From: a virus
Length of the DNA stretch: 64,000 nt
Virus genome (UHGV): UHGV-1430452
Strand: one strand, 5' to 3'
The notes below the pieces were generated by a model. It did not search any database. It was given only the letters and a program-made list of their open reading frames with translations, and was not told where the DNA came from. Position 1 is the stretch's first letter. Each line of letters begins with the position of its first letter. The translations under genes and the position numbers were made by a program. Shown piece by piece: positions 8,824 to 17,448 of this stretch.

Positions 8824-9207
8824 TTATTCCTCCTTATCTTTTTCACACCACATTCCAACAAGATCACTATACACTTCTAGCATTTTTACATCTGGTTTAT
8901 CGTGGGTTTTATTATATTCATCAAAATATTCATTGAATGCACAAATACACTTCCAAATATACATTTGTTTAGAATCATTTGTTTCATCCATTTCAGGTCT
9001 TTTTGCTTCCTCCTTGACATTCACTTTAGCCCAAGCGAAATAATGCTCCATATGCTCTCCAGGACCAAAGCCAACACAACGCGTGCTAACTGATAACGTA
9101 ACATCATCGGGTTTTACTTTGTAACCGTTTCGACAACAATAGTCTGCTATAATCTCACAGACATCATCTTCTGATAAATTAATAGTAATGTTCTTATTAA
9201 TATTCAT
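8824..9207 (-). CDS. hypothetical protein (127 aa)
   Basis: co-directional ORF. Confidence 0.65.
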   Translation of the reverse strand: MNINKNITINLSEDDVCEIIADYCCRNGYKVKPDDVTLSVSTRCVGFGPGEHMEHYFAWAKVNVKEEAKRPEMDETNDSKQMYIWKCICAFNEYFDEYNKTHDKPDVKMLEVYSDLVGMWCEKDKEE

Positions 9208-9221
9208 AACTCTAATCCTCC

Positions 9222-9482
9222 TTATCTCACATCAACGTTGCATCCAAAATTAATCAGATAATCGGTAGTACAACCCAACACATGAGACATTCTAGCGATA
9301 ACATCTATTCTAGGGGTACGTTTACATCTCATATAATTAGACATAGCCGACTCAGATATACCGATTAATTTAGCCAATTCTTTTTGATTAATGCCGCATA
9401 AGTCCATACGGTAATTAAGCTTTTCAACGAAGCGTTTTCGCCATTCAATTTCACTAATAGATTTTATAGGAGTCATTTCCAT
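9222..9482 (-). CDS. XRE/Cro-like HTH protein (86 aa)
   Basis: HTH QKELAKLIGISESAMSNYMRCKR. Confidence 0.7.
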   Translation of the reverse strand: MEMTPIKSISEIEWRKRFVEKLNYRMDLCGINQKELAKLIGISESAMSNYMRCKRTPRIDVIARMSHVLGCTTDYLINFGCNVDVR

Positions 9483-9503
9483 AAAAATATCAATCCTCCT
9501 TAC

Positions 9504-9674
9504 TTACTTCTCTTCTTGGTACATTCTCTCTAAAGCAGTTCTAAATACATCAGCAGCACTCATACCTGTTGACTTACGAACCTTCTCTAAAATATCTAAT
9601 TCTTTCCTATTAACACGAACTAGATATCTTGTATCTCTAGGATCTGCTATCGGTTTTCTACCTCTCTTCGCCAT
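9504..9674 (-). CDS. small RHH-type protein (56 aa), paralog of 12151..12354
   Basis: translation MAKRGRKPIADPRD...TGMSAADVFRTALERMY; missed by track (<60 aa). Confidence 0.6.
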   Translation of the reverse strand: MAKRGRKPIADPRDTRYLVRVNRKELDILEKVRKSTGMSAADVFRTALERMYQEEK

Positions 9675-9771
9675 ACATATCGCCTCCCTTCTATGACAGA
9701 TACCATTAATACGAAAAACAAAAGAAGAGCCTCAACTAAATATCAATCTAGTCAAAGCTCTCCCACATCAA

Positions 9772-9843
9772 TTAATCTTTAAGATAACCAACTTTATATA
9801 AGAATCTTCCTACAACTGCCCAAAACTTCTGTCTGAGTGTCAT
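9772..9843 (-). CDS. possible micro-ORF (23 aa, hydrophobic)
   Basis: AGGAGGG SD 6 nt upstream; promoter-like motif 32 nt upstream. Confidence 0.3.
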   Translation of the reverse strand: MTLRQKFWAVVGRFLYKVGYLKD

Positions 9844-9874
9844 ATAGATCCCTCCTTTCTATTTGGTTTCTTTT

Positions 9875-9902
9875 CATAATAGGCGTTGTTAATATCACGA
9901 AA
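9875..9902 (-). promoter_or_regulatory. conserved promoter-like motif copy
   Basis: cataataggcgttgttaatatcacgaa. Confidence 0.5.
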
Positions 9903-9928
9903 GAAAAAGAGAGAAGAAGTATATCTCA

Positions 9929-10052
9929 GCTACACGTTTCTCTGCATCCATTTAAAGACACATTCACTGGTCAGTTCCAGTCCCACTAATATACTTTGAT
10001 GCTACACGTTTCTCCATACATAAGTATGTTCACTGGTCAGTTCCAGTCCCAC
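9929..10052. repeat. tandem direct repeat (2 units, period ~72 bp): GCTACACGTTTCTC ... TTCACTGGTCAGTTCCAGTCCCAC
   Basis: both blocks recur exactly; each has the hairpin ACTGG-N6-CCAGT; lies between two promoter-like motifs. Confidence 0.8.
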
Positions 10053-10072
10053 ATCAACTTTTATTCTTCTCT

Positions 10073-10100
10073 CATAATATAAAATGTATTTTTCGCGAAT
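10073..10100 (-). promoter_or_regulatory. conserved promoter-like motif copy, directly after a terminator-like hairpin
   Basis: cataatataaaatgtatttttcgcgaa. Confidence 0.5.
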
Positions 10101-10134
10101 AAAAAGAAGAGGCTGTAAAAGCCCCTTACTTGTT

Positions 10135-10518
10135 TTACTTAATTTTAATTGAGTCGTATTCCTCCTTAAATTTATTAAGCTTTTCCGTAAGTTCTTTTAA
10201 CTCCTCTTCATATCTTTGTTTTACTATTAATGACACTTCGGAATTGTGTTTGTCACATCCTTCGATTTTAGAGACTCGATAAGCTATCTTTCTGTTCAGT
10301 GTTCCTATAGCTTCTTCAAGAGCACCTTCTTTTACCACATCTCTCACGAACTCTATAGTTTCAGTGTTATTCTTTATCTGTATATGATTCTTACATATAA
10401 AGAACGTTACCAATCCTATAGAAACACATGAGACACCGGCAATTATTTTGCCATTGTTGTCCATAACCACTTCTTTGAAAGACCTCTTTCCTTTCTCTTT
10501 AACATCGTGCTTCTTCAT
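10135..10518 (-). CDS. membrane protein (127 aa)
   Basis: TM segment IIAGVSCVSIGLVTFFIC. Confidence 0.65.
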   Translation of the reverse strand: MKKHDVKEKGKRSFKEVVMDNNGKIIAGVSCVSIGLVTFFICKNHIQIKNNTETIEFVRDVVKEGALEEAIGTLNRKIAYRVSKIEGCDKHNSEVSLIVKQRYEEELKELTEKLNKFKEEYDSIKIK

Positions 10519-10551
10519 ATCAAATACCTCCTTTAGAAATTAATAGTTTTT

Positions 10552-10577
10552 CATAAAGGGGTATGTAATTTACGCGA
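10552..10577 (-). promoter_or_regulatory. conserved promoter-like motif copy
   Basis: cataaaggggtatgtaatttacgcga. Confidence 0.55.
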
Positions 10578-10595
10578 TCACAAAAACCTCAAATA

Positions 10596-10856
10596 TCAAT
10601 CCTCACTCTCTTTTTCTTCAAACATATCTGGTCTAGCGTATAAAGCTGCTTCAACCTCTTCTTCAGTCATTAGTGGTTTAATAGAACATCTGTCAAAATC
10701 CTGGTCATTAAATCTTACAACCATACCTTTTATCCCTTCATTCTGAGCGTGGATTGCTACAAGATCCATACAGGTTCTGAAAGTCCTCTTATCCACCGAC
10801 AATCCAGCTTTTACTTCTACGTTAACTTCTCCGATAATATTCTTTTTACTTTCCAT
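10596..10856 (-). CDS. hypothetical protein (86 aa)
   Basis: co-directional ORF; C-terminal ESED tail encodes downstream SD. Confidence 0.65.
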   Translation of the reverse strand: MESKKNIIGEVNVEVKAGLSVDKRTFRTCMDLVAIHAQNEGIKGMVVRFNDQDFDRCSIKPLMTEEEVEAALYARPDMFEEKESED

Positions 10857-10859
10857 AAT

Positions 10860-11150
10860 TCAATCCTCCTTCGTTTTATCTGCCATATCTCGAATAAGCA
10901 CAATCTCATTGATATCATCCTCAATACGACGATAAATGCTATCAAATTTTTCCTGATAACGATACATGTCTTGCAAATAGAAACTATGTATACGACTGTC
11001 TCGCTTACCGAAATTGACGATAACAGTTATGTATAAACCATCAAATTGGATATTAATTGGTATATCATTCGCGCACCCAAGATCTCGTAACATCATTAAT
11101 GCGGTAGTTACGTTAGTTATCATGTTGGTTTCATCGTTATAAAACTTCAT
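10860..11150 (-). CDS. hypothetical protein (96 aa)
   Basis: co-directional ORF, coupled junction. Confidence 0.65.
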   Translation of the reverse strand: MKFYNDETNMITNVTTALMMLRDLGCANDIPINIQFDGLYITVIVNFGKRDSRIHSFYLQDMYRYQEKFDSIYRRIEDDINEIVLIRDMADKTKED

Positions 11151-11156
11151 AAAATA

Positions 11157-11417
11157 TCAATCCTCCAATGGCTTACCAGAACAATCCACCTCGATCATCT
11201 CTGGATTAGTATGTAACGTTTTCCCAAACTCCATTAATTCGGTAAGTAATTTGTTAAACTTAATAATAAATTCTTTAAGTGCCTCCTCACGAGTTTCGCC
11301 ATACCCTTCGATAGTATAAATAGTATAGTCATCAAAATCTGCGCTTACGGTATGAGACTGCCACCTACCTTTTCCATCGTCATTATGTGTTAACTTCATA
11401 AACTCAATCCTCCTCAC
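11157..11417 (-). CDS. hypothetical protein (86 aa)
   Basis: co-directional ORF, coupled junction. Confidence 0.65.
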   Translation of the reverse strand: MRRIEFMKLTHNDDGKGRWQSHTVSADFDDYTIYTIEGYGETREEALKEFIIKFNKLLTELMEFGKTLHTNPEMIEVDCSGKPLED

Positions 11418-11695
11418 AACATTTCATCAGCTAATTCCAAACAAATCTCTCTGGCCTGATCCCAAATATCAATCTCAAATGACACTCTCTTATATTCTTC
11501 CGAAAGAGATGTGTATCGGTCACTAAGCTCCATGTATTCACGGTAGCTTAATGATTCTTCACCATCTTTTAGTTTTCTATCAATCTCAATCATCTCTCTC
11601 GATACAGCACATTTCTTTTTAATACACTCTACGTACTTATCGCTCATGGCCTGCCTTACTGCGGTGTTGTATTTGGTGATACTTTCTTTACTCAT
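11414..11695 (-). CDS. hypothetical protein (93 aa)
   Basis: co-directional ORF, 4-nt overlap. Confidence 0.65.
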   Translation of the reverse strand: MSKESITKYNTAVRQAMSDKYVECIKKKCAVSREMIEIDRKLKDGEESLSYREYMELSDRYTSLSEEYKRVSFEIDIWDQAREICLELADEML

Positions 11696-11701
11696 AAAAT
11701 A

Positions 11702-11959
11702 TCAATCCTCCTTCTTGATGACGTCTATGCTAGCCTGAGCTAAAACAAAACCATCCATGTAATCAGTATCGATATCAACTGTAATTTGTTGTTTCAACTG
11801 ATCGGTAAATAACCCTGCGATATCTTCTGAAATACTGTCGGCCGGTGTGTCTGATCTGTAAATTTTATTAACACGATACTTTATAATATCTTTTGTTGGT
11901 TCTTTAAGTCTTTTTAACTCTCTTTTTAACTTTTTATTCTTGATTTTAAGATTACTCAT
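11702..11959 (-). CDS. hypothetical protein (85 aa)
   Basis: co-directional ORF. Confidence 0.65.
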   Translation of the reverse strand: MSNLKIKNKKLKRELKRLKEPTKDIIKYRVNKIYRSDTPADSISEDIAGLFTDQLKQQITVDIDTDYMDGFVLAQASIDVIKKED

Positions 11960-11966
11960 AAAAACA

Positions 11967-12167
11967 TCATTCCTCCTTACTTCTTCTAACTTCCATTTCT
12001 AACCCAGATTGTATCCAACATCTTCTACATTTACTCTCATCATAGCCAGTAACACCACAGTTACAGCGCTCAGATGATTGTAAATCATAATCGTATGGAC
12101 AATTAAACTCGACTAATAAATCGAGCATCGTTTCTTTCTGATTTTCATTATCAAATATCATTTTCAT
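11967..12167 (-). CDS. small Cys-containing protein (66 aa)
   Basis: co-directional ORF; start overlaps upstream stop. Confidence 0.6.
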   Translation of the reverse strand: MKMIFDNENQKETMLDLLVEFNCPYDYDLQSSERCNCGVTGYDESKCRRCWIQSGLEMEVRRSKEE

Positions 12168-12354
12168 CGTTTAACACACCTCGCTCCGATTCCTTCTCAT
12201 ATAACTTCTCCAAAGCCACTCTAAAAACATCGGCCTGTCCCATACCAGTCATCTTGCAGCAATCCTCTAGCATTTTATTTTCTTTATCATTTATACGTAT
12301 CATGTAATGTTTCTTCCTCGGGTCTTTACTATAAGGTCTCCCTCGTCTGCCCAT
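12151..12354 (-). CDS. RHH-type DNA-binding protein (67 aa), paralog of 9504..9674
   Basis: GRRGRPYSKDPRK...TGMGQADVFRVALEKLY. Confidence 0.65.
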   Translation of the reverse strand: MGRRGRPYSKDPRKKHYMIRINDKENKMLEDCCKMTGMGQADVFRVALEKLYEKESERGVLNDENDI

Positions 12355-12392
12355 CGGTAATCACCTCCAATCAAATATGCTTAACTTTAAAT

Positions 12393-12425
12393 GCAAAAAG
12401 AGAAGACCCACATCCGAGCCTTCTC
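12393..12425 (-). terminator. rho-independent terminator
   Basis: 8-bp stem GAGAAGGC/GUCUUCUC with G-U pair, followed by U-rich tract. Confidence 0.55.
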
Positions 12426-12433
12426 CCATCAAT

Positions 12434-12643
12434 TTAACTATTATGTATTTTACCAGCGATAGCGTGTAGCAGATCCCTCTCATACTGTGTACGAAGCAGC
12501 ACGATTTTCTCGATAGCTAAATCACGAACTGCCTTTCTAGTACCAGGACTTTCAACCAAAGATTCGATAAATAAATCGTCTAAAATCTCTTCAAGGCCTT
12601 TCTTGAAATTCTCATTTCTTTCGGTAACACTGTAATCACTCAT
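12434..12643 (-). CDS. hypothetical protein (69 aa)
   Basis: co-directional ORF. Confidence 0.6.
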   Translation of the reverse strand: MSDYSVTERNENFKKGLEEILDDLFIESLVESPGTRKAVRDLAIEKIVLLRTQYERDLLHAIAGKIHNS

Positions 12644-12698
12644 TTTATTATACTAACCTCTTTTCTTGTAACCTACATACGGCTTAATATATGATGCA

Positions 12699-13034
12699 TC
12701 AAATATCGCCTTCTTTTCTATGCTGACTCTTCTCACTGTCAAACCCATCAGGATACCTCTCCATAAGTTTGCATAAGTTAGTCTCCATAATAGTCTGAAG
12801 ATCATAACCGATAGCTTTAGCACTGATTGCCAAATACCAAGCAACATCTCCAAGCTCTTTTGCGATATGCTTTCTATCGAGTTCATGACCCTGAAACAAA
12901 TGCTTCTTGAGAATATCGATACACTCTCCGGCCTCTCCATTAAGACCCATAAGACCATTTTGAAGCTGCTCCATGTCTGTTAACTCCTGGTTTGCTGATC
13001 TCCATGCTCCATCCTGATATGCGTTAATTTCCAT
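12699..13034 (-). CDS. MazG-like nucleoside triphosphate pyrophosphohydrolase
   Basis: LNGEAGECIDILKK ... ELGDVAWYL matches the EExxE/ELGD MazG motifs. Confidence 0.75.
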   Translation of the reverse strand: MEINAYQDGAWRSANQELTDMEQLQNGLMGLNGEAGECIDILKKHLFQGHELDRKHIAKELGDVAWYLAISAKAIGYDLQTIMETNLCKLMERYPDGFDSEKSQHRKEGDI

Positions 13035-13133
13035 TTCTTTCTTTCTCCTTTTCTTATGCTATAATTATTTCGGATAAATAGACAAAACCCCTAGAAACGC
13101 CGTATAAAGCGTCACAGGGGCATTCTTAGAGGG

Positions 13134-13625
13134 TTAATCGCACCACAACACAATCTGTCCAAGTTCTCTAGTTCTCTTTACATCTATAACTCTTTGATTT
13201 GAGCTTCCTCTCCATTTCAACTGTACATCTCTGAGTTTCTCGACATACGGTCCGTCTACCAAAACATCAATGTACTCCATAACCGGTAGATCTTTAACCG
13301 CTTCATATGTATATCCGGTGTAAAGCCAGATCGTTTTGTTTGGGAAAGATGCTTTTACTATTTCGCATAGTGTCAAAATATCCCATCGGTTTCCTTCAAA
13401 CAACGGATCTCCACCCGATAAAGTCAAACCGGAAATATAATCTTCATCGAGTAGATCTTCGAGTTCCTCCCAAGCATTTCCATCAAACAACAATCCATCA
13501 TCAGGGTTCCAAGTAACAGGATTCTGACATCCAGGGCATTCATGATCGCAGCCGGCAACCCATAGGACTACACGAAGACCGTCTCCGTTTTTCATATCGT
13601 CTTTCGTAATATCATGGTATCTCAT
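13134..13625 (-). CDS. nrdG: radical-SAM activating enzyme, NrdG-like (anaerobic ribonucleotide reductase activase family)
   Basis: GDGLRVVLWVAGCDHECPGCQNPVTW with CxxxCxxC cluster and downstream LSGGDPLF. Confidence 0.75.
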   Translation of the reverse strand: MRYHDITKDDMKNGDGLRVVLWVAGCDHECPGCQNPVTWNPDDGLLFDGNAWEELEDLLDEDYISGLTLSGGDPLFEGNRWDILTLCEIVKASFPNKTIWLYTGYTYEAVKDLPVMEYIDVLVDGPYVEKLRDVQLKWRGSSNQRVIDVKRTRELGQIVLWCD

Positions 13626-13660
13626 TTACTATCACCTCCATCATTCAGTTTCACATTTGT

Positions 13661-13900
13661 TTATATATTCCATTCGTCAAGATCATCCTCGTTATTATCA
13701 ATAGCTTTCTTTGCCTCAGCAGTTGATGCCTTGATATGACGATAAATAACTTTGCTAATAACCGCAACGACTAAAACTGGCCATATAGCTATGAGAATCA
13801 ATGATTTAGGCTCTTCTGGATCTTTCTTAGCGACCTCATCAATAAGAGAACCCATACAAAAATATAACAATGCAGCACAAAACCATTCAAAACCTGTCAT
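13661..13900 (-). CDS. small membrane protein (79 aa)
   Basis: two hydrophobic segments. Confidence 0.6.
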   Translation of the reverse strand: MTGFEWFCAALLYFCMGSLIDEVAKKDPEEPKSLILIAIWPVLVVAVISKVIYRHIKASTAEAKKAIDNNEDDLDEWNI

Positions 13901-13913
13901 AATATCTCCTTTC

Positions 13914-14237
13914 TTAATCTACACATTTAACTTCGATGCCTGTCTCTTCTTCAAGTTCGCGGAAATAATCTTCCATTGTTTTACTTCCGTCTTCGATAGC
14001 GCCCATAAGCTCGTCAACGTACTCTAATGTCTTAGCGATACGCTTACTTCCGAATTTATGAATCCTATGTTCAGCCAGTGCGAAACAAGACATCAGGGCC
14101 TCCGTACTAAATGTGGAAGCCCTATCTGAAATATCTTTCTTGATCTTAGCAAGTTCATACTTGTCGATCACGACCTGATTTTTCTTGTTCTCAATCCTTT
14201 CTAATCGTTCGCGCATTCTCCTTTCAGCACGTCCCAT
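13914..14237 (-). CDS. hypothetical protein (107 aa)
   Basis: co-directional ORF. Confidence 0.65.
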   Translation of the reverse strand: MGRAERRMRERLERIENKKNQVVIDKYELAKIKKDISDRASTFSTEALMSCFALAEHRIHKFGSKRIAKTLEYVDELMGAIEDGSKTMEDYFRELEEETGIEVKCVD

Positions 14238-14241
14238 ACTT

Positions 14242-14511
14242 TTAATCCTCCTTTAAAAACGTATCTTCAAACTCCAAATCAGGCATAAAATTAGCGCATA
14301 TACTATCGTAGCGATAATCATAAAACTCGATCTCACTAACGAATATGAATATGCGCCCATCTTTTAAATAAATTATTCGTTCGGATACGTGTAACTCAGC
14401 AATGTCTTGTGCAATGTCACTCTTAGTCATAAACCGTTCAAATATATTTTGTGCCATCCGGTTGGTTCTTGATATTATTATGTATAAATTAGTATTTGGT
14501 TTTTCTGACAT
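14242..14511 (-). CDS. hypothetical protein (89 aa)
   Basis: co-directional ORF. Confidence 0.65.
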   Translation of the reverse strand: MSEKPNTNLYIIISRTNRMAQNIFERFMTKSDIAQDIAELHVSERIIYLKDGRIFIFVSEIEFYDYRYDSICANFMPDLEFEDTFLKED

Positions 14512-14674
14512 TATTTGATCCTTTCAATGCGTAGGGAGTACGATCAAACCATTTTCTAGCTTTCGAATAGTTTTCCTTTTCTCGCCCTAAACTTTCACAT
14601 CTAGAATATTCAGCGTGTTTATTGAAACCTATCACTTTCTTAGAATGGCTTTTGTCCACATCCACATATCTCAT
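14489..14674 (-). CDS. hypothetical protein (61 aa)
   Basis: co-directional ORF. Confidence 0.55.
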   Translation of the reverse strand: MRYVDVDKSHSKKVIGFNKHAEYSRCESLGREKENYSKARKWFDRTPYALKGSNNVRKTKY

Positions 14675-14829
14675 TTCTTTTTCTCCTTGTAATATACAGG
14701 TTTATGAGAGTTAAGATTTGTCGGTTCATCGAGACAATCAAAACACGGATCTTCCCATTCTTCTTTATCCTCATGTCGGCACGATTTACAATACTCAAAA
14801 TAAACCTCTTTTTCATCATTTGGCCGCAT
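14671..14829 (-). CDS. small Cys-rich protein (52 aa), zinc-ribbon-like
   Basis: missed by track; CxxC...CxxC; SD GGAGGAAA; ATGA overlap with next gene. Confidence 0.5.
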   Translation of the reverse strand: MRPNDEKEVYFEYCKSCRHEDKEEWEDPCFDCLDEPTNLNSHKPVYYKEKKK

Positions 14830-14861
14830 CTCGGTTTCCTCCTTTCTAAAAAAGAGAAGCC

Positions 14862-15023
14862 CTAATTGGACTCCTTTTGAGTTACTTCATTCTTTTCGGT
14901 GCTATTCTTTTCTTCGTTTTTGTTACGTTTCCCGCTCGCCATATTCAACGCAAATATAACAGTGGAAACAATACCTGCAATGTAGCTCAGTACGATAATC
15001 GCTAAAATCTCTGTGAATGCCAT
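14862..15023 (-). CDS. small membrane protein (53 aa)
   Basis: missed by track; SD AGGAGG; hydrophobic N-terminus. Confidence 0.5.
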   Translation of the reverse strand: MAFTEILAIIVLSYIAGIVSTVIFALNMASGKRNKNEEKNSTEKNEVTQKESN

Positions 15024-15026
15024 AAT

Positions 15027-15707
15027 TTAATCCTCCTTTTTAGATCCGGTGATAAGTTCTGAATATGGAAGAGTTTCGATCCATCTACAGAATTCTCTCC
15101 ACTCATCGAGCTTGTGGTTTTTTCTCTGGTGATACATGGCTGCCAGGACTTCATAATTGAGCATAACAGTACGTTTCTGGTTATAGCTGCTCGGAAGAAG
15201 CTGAATCATCTGCCACCAACAGCCTTTGTCTTTAGATTTTAAATAAGATTCACGGCACCAGTTTAACTGCTCTATTGTGGTATTAAGAACGGATAATGAT
15301 GCTTTGCATAAATGTTCACAACTAAAATCCTCCAGCGTAAATTCCTTCGCATGAATCTTGTGCATAGTTGAGCAAGAGTTAGCAACAGTACCGATTTTAT
15401 AAGTATCGAACTCCTTCCACCAATACAAAGGCGCTGTAATATCCACATACACAGTAATCATCCGCATAAATTTACGATGCTCTGTACCAGCGTTCCGAAG
15501 TCTTTTCATAAGGTCGAGGTCGTTTGGCCCGATTATAAAACGGCATGTATTACCGCACCAATCCGGTTTGAAACCACACGATTTACAAAGACCAGTATCG
15601 CATCCGTTACTACTATCACTCTTCTCCCAACTATTCATCGGATTCCGCATACCTCTAATGGCAGCTTCCCATCCCATAACTTCTACATTCTCAATTTTAA
15701 TACTCAT
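15027..15707 (-). CDS. Cys-rich protein (226 aa); tentative ThyX-like fold lacking the canonical RHR motif
   Basis: N-terminal VEVMGWEAAIRGMRNPMNS and ITVYVDITAPLYWW loosely resemble ThyX blocks; recalled alignment only. Confidence 0.6.
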   Translation of the reverse strand: MSIKIENVEVMGWEAAIRGMRNPMNSWEKSDSSNGCDTGLCKSCGFKPDWCGNTCRFIIGPNDLDLMKRLRNAGTEHRKFMRMITVYVDITAPLYWWKEFDTYKIGTVANSCSTMHKIHAKEFTLEDFSCEHLCKASLSVLNTTIEQLNWCRESYLKSKDKGCWWQMIQLLPSSYNQKRTVMLNYEVLAAMYHQRKNHKLDEWREFCRWIETLPYSELITGSKKED

Positions 15708-15719
15708 AATTTAATCCTC

Positions 15720-16463
15720 CTATTCAAGCCAATTGTTATCTAAATAATAAAATCCAATTACACAAGCGATAATTAACACAATCCATACTACCCAAAAGAA
15801 TATAAGCCACCCGTTTCCGTATTTTAATGTCTCGTACGTTTCATCAATGCTCATATTGTTATAGAAATTAGTGTTATCAGGTATGGTTCCGTCTTTTAAC
15901 CTGGCAAATATAGTTCCTTTGAATTTGGTTGGTGTACCATAATACTTATATCGAACGTCACTAGATTCCTTAAGGGTATCGATATAATCCGGTGATGGAA
16001 TATTGATTTTACTAGACGGAAAAGTAACACCACAAAATATCAATTCTTTGCAGGTCTTATCCTCGCTTCCAACCCTATCCCATGTCCAGTAGTACTCTGT
16101 TCTTGTATGTGTGGTTCTATTTTTGCCAGAACCGGTAGTATAAGTGACAATTCGAGTATGCATTGTATATCGCTCTTTCACTTTTTCGACATACATATAT
16201 TTTCCGTCTATTTCCGGATAAGTAACCGTGTCAACAGCTTTTAGATTTCCATTCACAAAAGCGTTTCCGACATTGGTCCTCATACCATACTCGAATATAT
16301 CGGACTCTTTGATTTTTACTGCTTTGTTGTAGATCTCATTCTTATCCATTTGGTGCTCCGAAATCTTACTAGAAATCAGAACACCAATAAGTAATAGAAT
16401 GGCTATAATAGAAATACTGGCTAACACTTCCCTTTTAGTTATTTCAATATCATAGTCTCCCAT
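15720..16463 (-). CDS. membrane protein (247 aa), TM helices at both ends; partner of LemA
   Basis: hydrophobic ends; immediately downstream of LemA gene. Confidence 0.65.
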   Translation of the reverse strand: MGDYDIEITKREVLASISIIAILLLIGVLISSKISEHQMDKNEIYNKAVKIKESDIFEYGMRTNVGNAFVNGNLKAVDTVTYPEIDGKYMYVEKVKERYTMHTRIVTYTTGSGKNRTTHTRTEYYWTWDRVGSEDKTCKELIFCGVTFPSSKINIPSPDYIDTLKESSDVRYKYYGTPTKFKGTIFARLKDGTIPDNTNFYNNMSIDETYETLKYGNGWLIFFWVVWIVLIIACVIGFYYLDNNWLE

Positions 16464-16468
16464 ATTAT

Positions 16469-17023
16469 TTACTCCTTGAATAAATCCTGCGGTGCGTCAA
16501 CTGGAGCATCATAATCCAAATATGTATAATCTTGTGTCTCGTATCCTAATAAACTTAAAAATGTTCTTGTCGGGAATTTACGTACATAGCGATTGTATTC
16601 TTTTATCTGCTTATTATAGTTACTACGATATTCCGCGATAAGATTCTCTGTAATAGATAATTCATTCATTAGTTCTTTATAGTTTGAATCTGACTTCAAC
16701 TCAGGATATGCTTCAGATACTGCGGTAATAGCTGTCGTCACATTCTCAATGTCTCCTGTTTTACCTCGGCCTTCCACAATTGACTTAAGAGTCTCTGCTT
16801 CGTGTTTATCGTACTGCTTCACACAATCTGCCAGATTCATAACGAGATCTACTCTTCGTTTTTCCTGAACCTTGATATCAGAATCAGCACTGTTTACTTG
16901 TTCTTCTAGAGCAATTGCTTTGTTCTGAGAACTCTGGACTACAAATACACCTAATAAAATAACTGCCAGAATACCAGCAGCTACGATTAACATTACCTTC
17001 CAATTTTTATTATTTCCTTTCAT
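16469..17023 (-). CDS. lemA: LemA family protein
   Basis: N-terminal TM then RRVDLVMNL...EAYPELKSDSNYKELMNELSITENLIAEYRSNYN matches LemA; likely start at internal ATG (17023), not the TTG used by the track. Confidence 0.75.
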   Translation of the reverse strand: MKGNNKNWKVMLIVAAGILAVILLGVFVVQSSQNKAIALEEQVNSADSDIKVQEKRRVDLVMNLADCVKQYDKHEAETLKSIVEGRGKTGDIENVTTAITAVSEAYPELKSDSNYKELMNELSITENLIAEYRSNYNKQIKEYNRYVRKFPTRTFLSLLGYETQDYTYLDYDAPVDAPQDLFKE

Positions 17024-17199
17024 TTTTTGATCTCCTTTTCTAAATATTTTTTGATTTCTTCGCAACGTTCTGCATGTTTACAAGTAATGTCTGTATTAGT
17101 GCAATATCTACCCATATCGCATTCCAATTCAGCTTTACTAACATACGGATCGAAGTCAGGACAATTATGACAATAATCCTCCACGAATAATTTGATCAT
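17020..17199 (-). CDS. small Cys-rich protein (59 aa)
   Basis: missed by track; multiple Cys pairs; TGA/ATG overlap with lemA. Confidence 0.45.
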   Translation of the reverse strand: MIKLFVEDYCHNCPDFDPYVSKAELECDMGRYCTNTDITCKHAERCEEIKKYLEKEIKK

Positions 17200-17268
17200 G
17201 TAATTCCTCCTTTCTTTAGTTTACTTATACAAAAAGAAAAAGAGCCCCACAATTGAGACTTTAATTCT

Positions 17269-17394
17269 CTAAAATATAAGTTCCAAAATTACATTGATGA
17301 TGCTCACACTGGTCCAAGCAATTGCTCCACCCGCATATAATGCTAATGCAAGTTTTCCTGCCTCAACCAAGTCTTTCTTAATATTTCTCAACAT
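17269..17394 (-). CDS. small membrane peptide (41 aa)
   Basis: SD AAGGAGG; promoter-like motif 25 nt upstream. Confidence 0.45.
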   Translation of the reverse strand: MLRNIKKDLVEAGKLALALYAGGAIAWTSVSIINVILELIF

Positions 17395-17418
17395 ACTTTT
17401 ATCCTCCTTAATATCTTT

Positions 17419-17448
17419 CTATAAAGAAGAATGTTTACTTCGCGAATA
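17419..17448 (-). promoter_or_regulatory. conserved promoter-like motif copy
   Basis: ctataaagaagaatgtttacttcgcgaata. Confidence 0.55.

Noticed and set aside
12653-12958. ORF overlapping the MazG-like gene in another frame
   Set aside because: The 12699..13034 frame carries the MazG EExxE/ELGD motifs; the overlapping frame has none.
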